Source: Planctomycetota bacterium | Lineage (GTDB): Bacteria; Planctomycetota; UBA1135; UBA2386 | Direction of reading: 5' to 3' | DNA length: 64,000 bases | Assembly: GCA_965223545.1 (NCBI GenBank) | Contig: OZ245006.1 | Coordinates: forward strand, 4,896,001 to 4,960,000 | In this document: piece by piece, positions 1 through 9,911 of the stretch | How the letters are laid out: each line of letters opens with the position of its first letter | Position numbering within the stretch: the first letter of the stretch is position 1 | Translations under genes and position numbers: made by a program | The notes under the pieces: model-generated | The model's database searches: none | The model's input: the letters and a program-made list of their open reading frames with translations, nothing else | What the model was told of the DNA's origin: nothing

Positions 1-1236
1 TTCAGCAGTGCTTGTGGAGCTCCGGCCAACCCGCTCGACATCGACGCGTTCTCGGTCGGTCTCGACCAGATCCCGGTCGACGCCACGACCCAGTTCGTCG
101 CGGTCGAGGCGGATCGCTGGTACGCGCTCTTGTTCAACGTGGGCGCGACGCCGACGGCCTCCGGTGTCGTTGCCGGTGAGAGCCTGCAGCCGCCGCCGAA
201 GACCGGCGCGGACGGCGATTTGTTCGCCCACGTCTTCGATGGGAGCAGCTTGGATCCGCGCTGGGTCAACACCGTCGAGCGCGCCCTCGACGCGGCCGAG
301 CTCGTGCCCCCGGCCGGGGGGATCGACGTGGACGCGACCGACGCGCACCTGCCGCTGTATGCGCTCGATGCCCACCTCTACAGCAAGCTGCCGGCGTTCG
401 CGCGCCTCGCGCCGACGTTCTACTTCTCCGTCGCGCCGGCGTCGGTCGCCGATGTGCCATCGTGCTGGTGGACCGGCACGTCCGTCGCTGATCGAACCGC
501 GGGTGCGATCTTCAGCACTCGGTGGACGGGCAGTGGCTGGGTTACGCCGACGGTATTCTTGACCCCATCGCGACTCGGCATCGGATCGTCCGCCGACGTC
601 ATTGGTCTGTCGATCGACCGTGCGCGCGGCTTCGTCGTGTTCTCACTGGTCGCATCCGTCAGCCGCAGCGACCCGCTGATGTTCTTCGACCTGGCGTCTT
701 CGCCTGGGACCTACGCGGTGGTCTTTCAGTACTCGACGCCGACCGAGGGTGCCGCCAAGCCCGTGTCTTGCGGCGCAGGAGTCGGTGGCAACGACGACGT
801 CGAAGGGATATGCATCACCGATCCGGGGCCGGCGCAGTCGTCCTCGGGCTACGGCGGCCTCGCGTTTGGTTCACCGCTGCCGCCTTGCGCGAGCTGGCCG
901 TTTGCGATGACCATGAATGCGACGGTGTTTCGCGATGGCGCCGGCGGGCCGGTGCTGCGCACCCTTGCGCGCGGCATCGTGCCGTCGAGCCCGGGCGTGC
1001 TCCTACTCGGCGTCTCCAACCAACTGGAGCTGAGCAAACGCAGCGCGTGTGTGGTCGACCCGCGCTTCGCCCTGCTCGATGCGATCGGCGGCGCGTGTGG
1101 CGGTTGGTTCGAGATGCAGATCCCGTTGCCGGTGACCCCGACCCTGGCGGGCACGTCGGGCGTGCTGCAGTGGGCGGCTCTCAATGCCGTCGGCCAGCTC
1201 GAAGTGGCCAACGCCACCACCATCAATCTCTTTTGA
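1..1236 (+). CDS. Hypothetical, probably secreted protein (5'-truncated by window edge) with the shared C-terminal domain
   Basis: Frame is open from base 1 (FSSACGAPANPLDIDAF...) to TGA 1236. Ends IPLPVTPTLAGTSGVLQW...EVANATTINLF, matching the C-terminal motif of other secreted proteins here. Confidence 0.8.
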   Translation, partial: FSSACGAPANPLDIDAFSVGLDQIPVDATTQFVAVEADRWYALLFNVGATPTASGVVAGESLQPPPKTGADGDLFAHVFDGSSLDPRWVNTVERALDAAELVPPAGGIDVDATDAHLPLYALDAHLYSKLPAFARLAPTFYFSVAPASVADVPSCWWTGTSVADRTAGAIFSTRWTGSGWVTPTVFLTPSRLGIGSSADVIGLSIDRARGFVVFSLVASVSRSDPLMFFDLASSPGTYAVVFQYSTPTEGAAKPVSCGAGVGGNDDVEGICITDPGPAQSSSGYGGLAFGSPLPPCASWPFAMTMNATVFRDGAGGPVLRTLARGIVPSSPGVLLLGVSNQLELSKRSACVVDPRFALLDAIGGACGGWFEMQIPLPVTPTLAGTSGVLQWAALNAVGQLEVANATTINLF

Positions 1237-1245
1237 CGAGGGCTC

Positions 1246-1809
1246 TTGGGCGTGCGCTGTGGGGACTTGATCGAGCGCTGTCTGCCGCAGGTGCGCGCGC
1301 GCGTGCACCGGCAGCTGCAGGGTGACTTTCGTGCGCGTCACCCGTGGATGATGGCGGTGTTCAGCACCGGGGACGTCGTGCAGGACGTCTTGCTGGCGGT
1401 GGCGCGGGAATCCGCGGCGATGGAGTTCGAGAGTGAAGAGGAGGCCGTGCGCTACCTGTCGACCGTGGCTCGCAATCGGTTGATCGACGCCGTGCGCCAC
1501 CACGAGGCGGCGCGTCGCGATCGCCGCCGGGAGGCGCCCGCGGGCGACGCCGAGAGCCCGACTCGCCAGCGCGCGCCGGAGTCGATCGCGGGCGCGGCCG
1601 AGCAGATTGGCCTGCTGCGGGTGGCCATGGACGAGCTGCCGCCGCGCCACCGCGCGCTGCTCGACCTGCGGCTGGTGGATGGTCTGCCGTTCCCGCAGAT
1701 CGCGCGCGACCTGGGCTACTCCTCGGCGGAGACCGCGCGGCAGGCGTTCGTCGAAGCCCAGGCCAAGCTGCTGCTCAAGCTGCGCGCGCGCGGAGTGCGC
1801 CCGGGCTGA
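1246..1809 (+). CDS. ECF-type RNA polymerase sigma factor
   Basis: Region 2 (GDVVQDVLL...YLSTVARNRLID) and region 4 HTH (MDELPPRHRALLDLRLVDGLPFPQIARDLG). Start uncertain. Confidence 0.85.
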   Translation: MGVRCGDLIERCLPQVRARVHRQLQGDFRARHPWMMAVFSTGDVVQDVLLAVARESAAMEFESEEEAVRYLSTVARNRLIDAVRHHEAARRDRRREAPAGDAESPTRQRAPESIAGAAEQIGLLRVAMDELPPRHRALLDLRLVDGLPFPQIARDLGYSSAETARQAFVEAQAKLLLKLRARGVRPG

Positions 1810-1829
1810 CACCGCTTGGCAAAGCGGGT

Positions 1830-2699
1830 CTAGCCGAACAGTCCGCGATTGCTCCGTTTGGCGATGCCGGTCAGCGATGGGTACGTCTCGGTCAGCAACG
1901 GCGGCACGTCGACCGGTCCGCCGCACTGGCTCGCCATCAGCTCGAGGACCACTTTGAGCTGCTGGCCGCGAAAGTGGTTGTTGCCGATCACGATCGTGTG
2001 GCGCGCATCGGCGCTGATCGCGGCGATGCGGCGCTGCAGCTGCTCGACTTCATCGCCCGAGTAGTCGTAGTCGTAGACTTGATCTCGGCCGGCGCCTTTC
2101 TGGAACCATGCCGGGTTGCGGCCGTGCAGGCGCAGGTAGGCGAGCTGCGCGGGGCCGAGCACGCCGGTGCACCACAGGCCGAAGCCGGAGCTGGCCCCTG
2201 GGTAGTCCAGGTGCGCGACGCTGACGTCGAGCTCGGCGAGGTGCTGCAACGCCGCCGGATCCGCCCACGACTTGTGCCGCACTTCGACGATCGGCGGGGC
2301 GACATCGGCGAAGGCGTCCCGCAGCCTTGCCAGGTGGTCGCGGTGTGCGACCTGCGCGTCGAAGCGATAGCTGAACTGCCACAGCAGCGCGCGGAGCGCG
2401 CCGGCGTCGGCCAGTGGCGCGAACCCGGCCCGGGTGGCGGCGATGTCGGCTGCATCCGTAGACAGCTCGTGCGTGAATCGCTGCGGCAGCTTGGCGGTGA
2501 AGAACACACCCGTGTTCTCGGTGCGGCGCAGCCAAGACGCGCAGCGCCCGGCATCCGGCAGCGCGTAGAACGTCGAGTTGATCTCGACACAGTCGACGTA
2601 GCGCGCACAGAACGCGAGCGGATCGCGGCAGCCGCGCGGATAGACCACGCCGCGCCAATCCGCGTACGAGAAGCCGGCGATGCCGTAGCTGACCGTCAT
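1830..2699 (-). CDS. DUF72 domain-containing protein
   Basis: GIAGFSYADWRGVVYP, VEINSTFYALP, EVRH, YLRLHGRN, YDYDYS and NNHFRG motifs. ATG overlaps the rarA stop (ATGA). Confidence 0.92.
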   Translation of the reverse strand: MTVSYGIAGFSYADWRGVVYPRGCRDPLAFCARYVDCVEINSTFYALPDAGRCASWLRRTENTGVFFTAKLPQRFTHELSTDAADIAATRAGFAPLADAGALRALLWQFSYRFDAQVAHRDHLARLRDAFADVAPPIVEVRHKSWADPAALQHLAELDVSVAHLDYPGASSGFGLWCTGVLGPAQLAYLRLHGRNPAWFQKGAGRDQVYDYDYSGDEVEQLQRRIAAISADARHTIVIGNNHFRGQQLKVVLELMASQCGGPVDVPPLLTETYPSLTGIAKRSNRGLFG

Positions 2700-4030
2700 T
2701 CCGCCGGCGGCGCTTCGCTGCGGCGCAGCTGGTCGGCATCGTCGAGCCGCTCGCGCATGCGCTGCTCGAAGCCTCGGTCCCCCGGCTGGTAGAACGTACT
2801 GCCGGCCAGTGCCTCGGGCAGGCACTGCATCGCGGCGACCCCCGCATCGGTGTCGTGCGCGTAGCGGTAGCCATCGCCGTGGCCCTGCTGCTGCTGCAGC
2901 CGGGTCGGCGCGTTGCGCAGGTGCAGTGGAACCGGGTGCTGGGCGCCCTCGCGCACCGCGCGCGCCGCGCTGTCGATCGCGCGCAGGACGCGGTTGCTCT
3001 TCGGCGCGGCGGCGAGATAGACCGCTGCCTGGGTCAGCGGCAGCCGGGCTTCGGGCAGGCCGAGGCGATGGGTGGCGTCGAACGCCGCGACCGCGATCTG
3101 CAGCGCCATCGGGTCGGCCAGGCCGATGTCCTCGGCCGCCATCGCCAGCATGCGGCGCGCCGGCTGCAGTGGGTCGGCGCCGGCTTCGAGCAGTCGCGCC
3201 AGCCAGTACACCGACGCCTGCGCGTCGGAGTTGCGCAGGCTCTTGTGCAGGGCGGACAACAAGTCGTAGTGGTGGTCGCCGGCGCGATCGTGGCGCAGCG
3301 CCCTCTGCTGGAACGCCTCGTGCACGGTCGCGGCCTCGATCCGGCTGCCGGCGGCGAGTGCCTCGGCGGCGGCTTCGAGGCCGTTGAGCGCCCGGCGCGC
3401 GTCGCCGGCCGAGAGGTGGATCAGCGCGGTCCGGGCGTCATCGGTCAGCTGCAGCTGCCGCGCGCCGAGGCCGCGCTCGGCGTCGTGCAGTGCGCGGTCG
3501 ACGAGCCCGAGGATGGCGTCGTCGTCGAGGGGCTCGAGGACGACGACCCGGCAGCGCGACAGCAGCGCGGAGATCACCGAGAACGACGGGTTCTCGGTCG
3601 TCGCGCCGATCAGCACGATGTCGCCCTTCTCGACGTGCGGCAAGAACGCGTCCTGCTGCGCCTTGTTGAAGCGGTGGATCTCGTCGACGAACAGCATCGT
3701 GCCGCGGCCCTCGCGCTGGCGCCGCGTGCGGGCCTCGGCGACCGCCGCGCGTACGTCTTTGACGCCGGAGAGCACGGCGGAGAACGGTTCGAAGTACAGC
3801 TCCGACGCGGCGGCGATCAGACCGGCGAGCGTCGTCTTGCCGACTCCGGGAGGGCCGCACAAGATCAGCGAGCCGGTGTTGCCGTGCTCGACGGCTGCGC
3901 GCAGTTTGCGGCCCTCGCCGACGACGTGGAGCTGGCCCGCGTACTCGTCGAGGGTGCGCGGCCGCATGCGCTCGGCGAGTGGCGCCGAGGGCGGCACGGG
4001 CGCGTCCGCCGAGCGTTCGAACAGACTCAT
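2696..4030 (-). CDS. rarA: Replication-associated recombination protein A (AAA+ ATPase, MgsA/RarA)
   Basis: PLAERMRPRTLDE, Walker A GPPGVGKTT, FVDEIHRFNKAQQD, GATTENPSF, SALHKSLRNSD, VPLHLRNAPT. Confidence 0.96.
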   Translation of the reverse strand: MSLFERSADAPVPPSAPLAERMRPRTLDEYAGQLHVVGEGRKLRAAVEHGNTGSLILCGPPGVGKTTLAGLIAAASELYFEPFSAVLSGVKDVRAAVAEARTRRQREGRGTMLFVDEIHRFNKAQQDAFLPHVEKGDIVLIGATTENPSFSVISALLSRCRVVVLEPLDDDAILGLVDRALHDAERGLGARQLQLTDDARTALIHLSAGDARRALNGLEAAAEALAAGSRIEAATVHEAFQQRALRHDRAGDHHYDLLSALHKSLRNSDAQASVYWLARLLEAGADPLQPARRMLAMAAEDIGLADPMALQIAVAAFDATHRLGLPEARLPLTQAAVYLAAAPKSNRVLRAIDSAARAVREGAQHPVPLHLRNAPTRLQQQQGHGDGYRYAHDTDAGVAAMQCLPEALAGSTFYQPGDRGFEQRMRERLDDADQLRRSEAPPAE

Positions 4031-4812
4031 CGTCGCTGCCTCCACGCCTCGTACAGCAGGACTCCCCCAGCGACGCCGACGTTGAGGCTGTCGATCGGCG
4101 GGCGCATCGGGATGCACGCGCGGCACTGCGCTGCCGCCGCCAACGGCTCCGGCACCGCGGTCGTCTCGCCGCCGAGCACCAGCGCGGTCGGGCCGCGTAG
4201 ATCGACGTCGAACACCGAGCGGTCGGCGCCGGCGTGCGCCAGCACCAAGGCGACGCCGGCGGCTGCGAGCCACTCGACGAGGTCGGCTGCTGCGACGCCC
4301 GCCAAGACCGGCAGCCGCAGCACGCTGCCGGCCGAGCCGCGCACCGCCTTGTCGCGGAACGGATCGGCCCCGCTGCCGGTGGTGACCAGGCCGGTGGCGC
4401 CGGCGGCCTCCGCCGTGCGCACCAGGGCACCGAGGTTGCCCGGGTCGCGCACTCCCGCGGCGACCAGCAGCAACGGGGTGCCCGGCCCGAGCAGCGCCGC
4501 GCGCGCGTGCGCCGGCCGGGCGACCAGGGCGACCACCCCCTGCGGCGAGTCGGTGCTCGAGATGCGCGCCAGGACCGCGTCGCTGCACTCGCGCAACCGC
4601 ACATTTGTCGTGGCCAGCCGGGCTTGCAGGGTGGCGCCGCGCGCGCTGCGGGCCAGGCTCGGCGAGTACGCGATCTCCACGACCTGGCAGTCGCTGTCGA
4701 GGGCTTCTTCGACCAGGGTCGCGCCATCGGCCAGCAAGTGTGCCCGATCGGCACCCCGCGCGGCGTCGCGGTAGCGCTGGATCAGCGGGCTCTTCGTCGA
4801 GGTGATCCGCAC
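4027..4812 (-). CDS. TrmH/SpoU family RNA methyltransferase
   Basis: VRDPGNLGALVRTAEAAG, ALVLGGETT, IPMRPPIDSLNVGVAGGVLLYE. GTG start at 4812 chosen from the typical N-terminus (ITSTKSP). Confidence 0.92.
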   Translation of the reverse strand: MRITSTKSPLIQRYRDAARGADRAHLLADGATLVEEALDSDCQVVEIAYSPSLARSARGATLQARLATTNVRLRECSDAVLARISSTDSPQGVVALVARPAHARAALLGPGTPLLLVAAGVRDPGNLGALVRTAEAAGATGLVTTGSGADPFRDKAVRGSAGSVLRLPVLAGVAAADLVEWLAAAGVALVLAHAGADRSVFDVDLRGPTALVLGGETTAVPEPLAAAAQCRACIPMRPPIDSLNVGVAGGVLLYEAWRQRR

Positions 4813-4910
4813 GCGCCGAACATAGCTCGGCGGTCGCCGGGCGGCGAGTCGACGTGGCTCCGCGCGGCGCCGTGCGGTAGCGTGGCGGCGGTTCTGCCCA
4901 GGATTCGCGA

Positions 4911-7067
4911 ATGACGATGTCCGTACTCTCTCTCCGCGCCGCGGCTGGCATTCTGCTGATTGCGTGCGCTGCTTGCTCCACTCCCGACTCGATGACGACT
5001 GCTGACCAAACGGGCGCCGCGGGCGCGGTCTCCAACCCGCTGCTGGCCGAATGGGAGGGTCCGTACGGCGGCGTGCCGCCGTTCGACGAAGTGCGAGTCG
5101 CGGACTTTGCACCGGCTCTGGAAGCCGCCATGGCGATGCACCTCGCGGAGATCGACGCGATCGCCGCCGACCCGGCGCCGGCGACCTTCGACAACACGAT
5201 CGCGGCGATGGAGCGTGCCGGTCGGGCGCTCAGCCGGGTCGGCACGATCTACGGCATCTGGGGAGCCAACATGAACGGTCCCGAGTTCCAGGAGGTCGAG
5301 CTGGAGATGGCGCCGAAGCTGGCGGCGTTCTCCGACCAGATCACGCAGAACAGCGCGCTGTTCGCCCGTATCGAAGCCGTCCATGCCGCCCGCGAGAACC
5401 TGGGACTCACCGCCGAGCAGCAGCGGTTGGTCTGGGACTACCACAAGGACTTCGTCCGCGCCGGCGCCAAGCTGGGCAGCGATGCCAAGGCGCGCGTCGC
5501 CGAGATCAATCAGGAGCTCGCCGGGCTGTTCACCCAGTTTCGGCAGAACGTCCTCGAGGACGAGGGCGGGCGGACGCTCGTACTCGACAGCGAGGCCGAC
5601 CTCGCCGGCCTGCCGCAGTCGGTGATCGACGCGGCGGCGGCGAGCGCGGCCAACCGCGACATGGCGGGCAAGTGGGTCATCACCAACACGCGCTCGTCGG
5701 TGGACCCGTTCTTGAGCTACGCGTCGCGCCGCGACCTGCGCGAGCGCGCATGGAAGATGTTCGTCAGCCGCGGCGACAACGGCGGCGATACGGACAACAA
5801 CGCTTTGATTCCGCAGATTCTGTCCCTGCGCCAGGAACGCGCCGAGCTGCTCGGTTACGCGAGCCACGCGCACTGGCGGTTGGCGGACACCATGGCCAAG
5901 ACGCCTGCGCGCGCGACCGAGCTGATGGAAGCGGTGTGGACACCGGCCATCGAGCGCGTCGCCGAGGAAGTGCGCGACATGCAGGCCTTGGCGGATGCCG
6001 AGGGCGCCGACATCACGATCGCGCCGTGGGACTACCGCTACTACGCCGAGAAGGTGCGCGTCGCGCGCTACGACCTCGACCAGAACGAGGTCAAGCAGTA
6101 CATGCAGCTCGACAAGATGCGCGACGCGATGTTTTGGATGGCGACCCAGCTGTTCGACTTCGCCTTCGAGCAGATCGATGGGGTCCCGGTGTTCCACCCG
6201 GACGTGACGGTCTGGGAGGTCACCAACAAGACCACCGGCGCGCACGTCGGGCTGTGGTACTTCGACCCCTACGCGCGTTCCGGCAAGCGATCCGGCGCGT
6301 GGATGAACGCCTACCGCAGCCAGGAGCGCTTCGACGGCGAAGTCACCACGATCGTCTCCAACAACTGCAACTTCGTGAAAGGCAAGCCGGGCGACCCGGT
6401 GCTGATCTCGTGGGACGACGCCACCACGCTGTTTCACGAGTTCGGCCACGCCCTGCACGGGCTGTGCTCGGACGTCGACTATCCGTCCCTGTCGGGCACG
6501 AGCGTGCCGAGGGACTACGTCGAGTTCCCCTCGCAGTTGCTCGAGCACTGGTTGTCCACGCCCGAGATCCTGTCGCGCTTCGCGCTGCACTACCGCACCG
6601 GCGAGCCGCTGCCACAGGAGTTGCTCGAGCGCATCGAGCGCGCCGCGACCTTCAACCAGGGCTTCGCCACGACCGAGTATCTCGCCAGTGCGTTGGTCGA
6701 CATGCGGATGCACACCGCGGGCGCTGCGATCGACGCCAAGCAGTTCGAGGACGCGACGTTGTCGGAGCTCGGCATGCCCGACGAGATCGTGATGCGGCAC
6801 CGGCCGACCCACTTCTTGCACATCTTCTCGGGCGACAGCTACTCGGCGGGCTACTACAGCTATCTGTGGTCGGACACGCTGACTGCCGATGCCTGGGAGG
6901 CGTTCACCGAGGGGGACGGCGCCTACGACACCGAGGTCGGCCGTCGCCTGCGCGAGCACGTGTTCTCGGTCGGCAACACCGTCGATCCGGCGGAGGCGTA
7001 CCGGCAGTTCCGCGGCCGCGACCCGGTGGTCGACGCGCTGATGCGCAAGCGCGGCTTCATCAAGTGA
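4911..7067 (+). CDS. M3 family metallopeptidase (peptidyl-dipeptidase Dcp-like), predicted lipoprotein
   Basis: NPLL...PYGGVPPF, KRSGAWM, LFHEFGHALH, RDYVEFPSQ, YSAGYYSYLW. Lipobox-like LLIACAAC. Confidence 0.95.
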   Translation: MTMSVLSLRAAAGILLIACAACSTPDSMTTADQTGAAGAVSNPLLAEWEGPYGGVPPFDEVRVADFAPALEAAMAMHLAEIDAIAADPAPATFDNTIAAMERAGRALSRVGTIYGIWGANMNGPEFQEVELEMAPKLAAFSDQITQNSALFARIEAVHAARENLGLTAEQQRLVWDYHKDFVRAGAKLGSDAKARVAEINQELAGLFTQFRQNVLEDEGGRTLVLDSEADLAGLPQSVIDAAAASAANRDMAGKWVITNTRSSVDPFLSYASRRDLRERAWKMFVSRGDNGGDTDNNALIPQILSLRQERAELLGYASHAHWRLADTMAKTPARATELMEAVWTPAIERVAEEVRDMQALADAEGADITIAPWDYRYYAEKVRVARYDLDQNEVKQYMQLDKMRDAMFWMATQLFDFAFEQIDGVPVFHPDVTVWEVTNKTTGAHVGLWYFDPYARSGKRSGAWMNAYRSQERFDGEVTTIVSNNCNFVKGKPGDPVLISWDDATTLFHEFGHALHGLCSDVDYPSLSGTSVPRDYVEFPSQLLEHWLSTPEILSRFALHYRTGEPLPQELLERIERAATFNQGFATTEYLASALVDMRMHTAGAAIDAKQFEDATLSELGMPDEIVMRHRPTHFLHIFSGDSYSAGYYSYLWSDTLTADAWEAFTEGDGAYDTEVGRRLREHVFSVGNTVDPAEAYRQFRGRDPVVDALMRKRGFIK

Positions 7068-7073
7068 GAGGCC

Positions 7074-8033
7074 TCACCCGTCCCACGGCGCCGTGGTGCC
7101 GACCACGGCGTGCTTTGGCACGCGCCGCAGCGCGAAACCCGCGATGAGGTCTGCCGGGCGGCAGGGGGTGTCGTCCGGCGCCAGGCCGGACAGTCGCGCC
7201 AGATGACCGACGACGGCGGTGGCCTCGACTCCGCGTTGCCGTAGGTGGCGGAGCGAGGTGTCGCCGTGCCGCTTGGCCAGGCGACGCCCGTCCTCGCCGA
7301 CCACGAGTGGGACATGGGCAAAGCGCGGCGGCGCTGCGCCGAGGGCGCGGTAGAGCAGCAGCTGGCGCGGTGTGGACGCCAGCAGGTCGTCGGCGCGCAG
7401 CACTTCGGTGACCCCGGTGGCGGCATCGTCGACGACGCAGGCGAGCTGGTAGGCGGGGCCGCCGTCGCGCTTGGCGATGACGAAGTCGCCGCGGATCCGT
7501 CCCGGCTGTCGGCCGCAGAAGGTGTCGTCGAATGGCATCGCGTCGGTGTCGACGCGGAAGCGCACGGCGGCTTCGCGGCCGGTTTGCGCAATGGCCTCCG
7601 CCATCGATGCGAATCTGTCCCGGCACGTGCCGGGATAGGGGGTCGCGTCCTGCCAGTCCTCGTGCGGCGCCGAGGCCGCCGCCTCGATCTCGGTCCGCGT
7701 GCACACGCACGGATAGGCCTCGCCGCTGGCGAGCAGGGCATCGACCGCGGCGCGGTAGCGCGGCAAGTGGTCGGATTGGCGCAGCGGCGCGCCGTCCCAG
7801 TCGAGCCCGAGCCAGCGAAGGTCGTCGAGCGCGGCGGCCTCAGCGCCGGCTTTGACGCGCGGGCCGTCGATGTCCTCGATGCGCATCCACAGCGAGCCCT
7901 TGGCTCTGCGGACGGATAGCCAGGCGAGCAGGAAGCTGCGGGCGTTGCCGAGGTGGAGGACGCCGGTGGGGCTCGGCGCCAGCCGGCCGACGAGTGGTGG
8001 CTCCGTTGGCGAGTGGTCGTCAGCGCGCGCCAT
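7074..8033 (-). CDS. gluQ: Glutamyl-Q tRNA(Asp) synthetase
   Basis: GRLAPSPTGVLHLGN, RIEDIDGPR, YPCVCTR, AYQLACVVDD, RLAKRHG. 319 aa with no anticodon-binding domain. Confidence 0.9.
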   Translation of the reverse strand: MARADDHSPTEPPLVGRLAPSPTGVLHLGNARSFLLAWLSVRRAKGSLWMRIEDIDGPRVKAGAEAAALDDLRWLGLDWDGAPLRQSDHLPRYRAAVDALLASGEAYPCVCTRTEIEAAASAPHEDWQDATPYPGTCRDRFASMAEAIAQTGREAAVRFRVDTDAMPFDDTFCGRQPGRIRGDFVIAKRDGGPAYQLACVVDDAATGVTEVLRADDLLASTPRQLLLYRALGAAPPRFAHVPLVVGEDGRRLAKRHGDTSLRHLRQRGVEATAVVGHLARLSGLAPDDTPCRPADLIAGFALRRVPKHAVVGTTAPWDG

Positions 8034-8121
8034 TCGCGGAGTCTATCCAGCCGTCGTCGCGACCCGTGCTGCTTTCGATCGTCGGCGGAGGTGCGCGGCG
8101 GGGTGTTAGGATGCCGCCACC

Positions 8122-9075
8122 TTGTCCTCGTCCACACCACCTGGCGAACCGGTGACCGAGACCGGCCTCGTGCTCCGCGTCGATGCCAAGGTGTGTCACG
8201 TCGAAGTCGCCGACACCGTCCACCCCCTGCCGCTGCGAGGACGGATGTTCGAGGGGGCCGCGGCGCGCCGCCAACCGGTGGCGGTGGGCGATCGTGTCGC
8301 CGTGCGTTTCACTGAGGACGGTGGTGTGATCGAGGAACGTCTGCCGCGTACCAGCAAGCTGTCGCGGGCACGGCGTGGGGCCGAGGGGCGCGAGCATGTC
8401 TTGGCCGCCAACATCAGCCTGGTCGTGGTCACCGCCGCGGTCGTGCGGCCCGAGTTCCAGCCGGAGCTCGTCGATCGCATCCTCGCTGGCGCCGAGGCCG
8501 AGAAGATCGAGGCAGTGCTGGTGATGACCAAGATCGACCGCGACCGGCGCGACCGGCGGAAGCCATGGGTCGACCTCTATCGCGCCCTGGGCTATCGCGT
8601 GTTCGAGACCAGCGTCGAGCCGGAGACGCGCACCGAGGAATCGCTGGCCGCGGTCGGCGCGCTGTTGCGCGCCAACGTGGCAGTGCTGTGTGGTGCCTCG
8701 GGCGTCGGCAAGTCGTCGTTGATCAACGCGCTCTGTCCGGGGCTCGACCTGCGGATCGGCAGCATGAGCCGCATCATGCAGGGCCGGCACACCACGACGC
8801 ATACCCAGCTCATCGCGTTGCCGGGAGGCGGCCACGTGCTGGACACGCCGGGGATTCGCGGCTTCGGTCTGTTCTTCATCGACCGCCAAGCCGTGCAGTT
8901 CCACTTTCGCGAGATCGCGCCGCTCGTGGGGCGCTGTGATTACCGCAACTGTCTGCATCAGGTCGAGCCGGGTTGCGCAGTGCGGGCGGCGCTCGAGGAG
9001 GGTGCGCTCGCGCCGAGTCGCTACGCGTCCTACCTCGCGCTCGTCGACGAGCTGTCCGAGCCCGCCGGCGGCTGA
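8122..9075 (+). CDS. rsgA: Ribosome small subunit-dependent GTPase A
   Basis: VAVGDRV, TKID, GASGVGKSSLIN, GRHTTT, DTPG and C-terminal Zn site C-x4-C-x-H-x5-C. Confidence 0.95.
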   Translation: MSSSTPPGEPVTETGLVLRVDAKVCHVEVADTVHPLPLRGRMFEGAAARRQPVAVGDRVAVRFTEDGGVIEERLPRTSKLSRARRGAEGREHVLAANISLVVVTAAVVRPEFQPELVDRILAGAEAEKIEAVLVMTKIDRDRRDRRKPWVDLYRALGYRVFETSVEPETRTEESLAAVGALLRANVAVLCGASGVGKSSLINALCPGLDLRIGSMSRIMQGRHTTTHTQLIALPGGGHVLDTPGIRGFGLFFIDRQAVQFHFREIAPLVGRCDYRNCLHQVEPGCAVRAALEEGALAPSRYASYLALVDELSEPAGG

Positions 9076-9911
9076 CGCCCGGCGGCACCGAACACGCTGT
9101 CCAAATCGGCGAAGCCGCCGCGGTCGGCGAGGCCTTCGAAAGTGCCGTGTTCGACCAGCTCGTGTGCGGCGATGCGGAACGCATCCCAGGCCACCCGCGC
9201 AAGCGCAGAGCCCAGCGAGATGCGCCGCACGCCGAGCGCGGCGAGCGCGGCGACGCTGAGGCCGGCGCCCGGGCGCGAGACGAGCACGTTGACCGGCTTC
9301 GGCGCGACCGCGGCGACCAGGGCCCCGATGTGCTTGGGATCGCGCACGCCGGGCGCGTAGAGGCAATCGGCGCCGGCGTCCGCGAACGCGATCAGGCGGT
9401 CGAGAGCGGTGCGCAGTGGGTCGCGGTCGCCCACCAGCCAGGCTTCGCAGCGCGCCGTCAGCACGGCGCCGGGCAGGGTCGCGTCGCGCGCCGCGGCGGC
9501 CGCGCGCACCCGCTCGATGGCCAACGGCAGCTCGAACAGCGGCGCGGCCTCGTCGCCGGTGGAATCCTCGATCGACAGGCCGGCCGCGCCGGCGCGCAGG
9601 CATGCACCGACGTTGGCGTGCACGCCGTGCGGCTCGGTGGCATAGCCGTCCTGGAAGTCCACGTTGAGCGGCAGTGCGGTTGCACCGGCGATCGCGCGGA
9701 CGTGCTGCAGGACGTCGTCCAGCGGTAGGGCGGTGGGGAGATCGGGGCGGCCCAGCGAGTGGGCAAAGCCCGCCGATGTCGTCGCCAGCGCTTTGCAGCC
9801 GAGGCGGGCGAGATAGACCGCGCTGCCGACGTCCCAGGGGTTGGGCATCGCGAAACAGCCGGTGGTGTGCAGCCCGCGAAACCGCTGGGCCCGGGCGATC
9901 TCGGAGTTCAT
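9030..9911 (-). CDS. Isocitrate lyase/PEP mutase family protein
   Basis: MPNPWDVGSA, ALATTSAG, LPLNVDFQDGY, GLSIED, AGADCLYAPG, GVRRISLGS. The 3' end overlaps rsgA by 46 bp. Confidence 0.9.
   Translation of the reverse strand: MNSEIARAQRFRGLHTTGCFAMPNPWDVGSAVYLARLGCKALATTSAGFAHSLGRPDLPTALPLDDVLQHVRAIAGATALPLNVDFQDGYATEPHGVHANVGACLRAGAAGLSIEDSTGDEAAPLFELPLAIERVRAAAAARDATLPGAVLTARCEAWLVGDRDPLRTALDRLIAFADAGADCLYAPGVRDPKHIGALVAAVAPKPVNVLVSRPGAGLSVAALAALGVRRISLGSALARVAWDAFRIAAHELVEHGTFEGLADRGGFADLDSVFGAAGRQPPAGSDSSSTSAR

Noticed and set aside
4031..5245. Extended ORF starts for rarA (and likewise folC, the Kelch genes and the ABC genes), plus numerous Arg/Ala/Pro-rich antisense ORFs
   Set aside because: Typical stop-poor shadow frames in about 70% GC DNA that overlap well-supported genes.
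9030..9075. 46-bp convergent overlap between rsgA and the ICL-family gene
   Set aside because: Short tail overlaps are common in high-GC genomes and there is no evidence of function.
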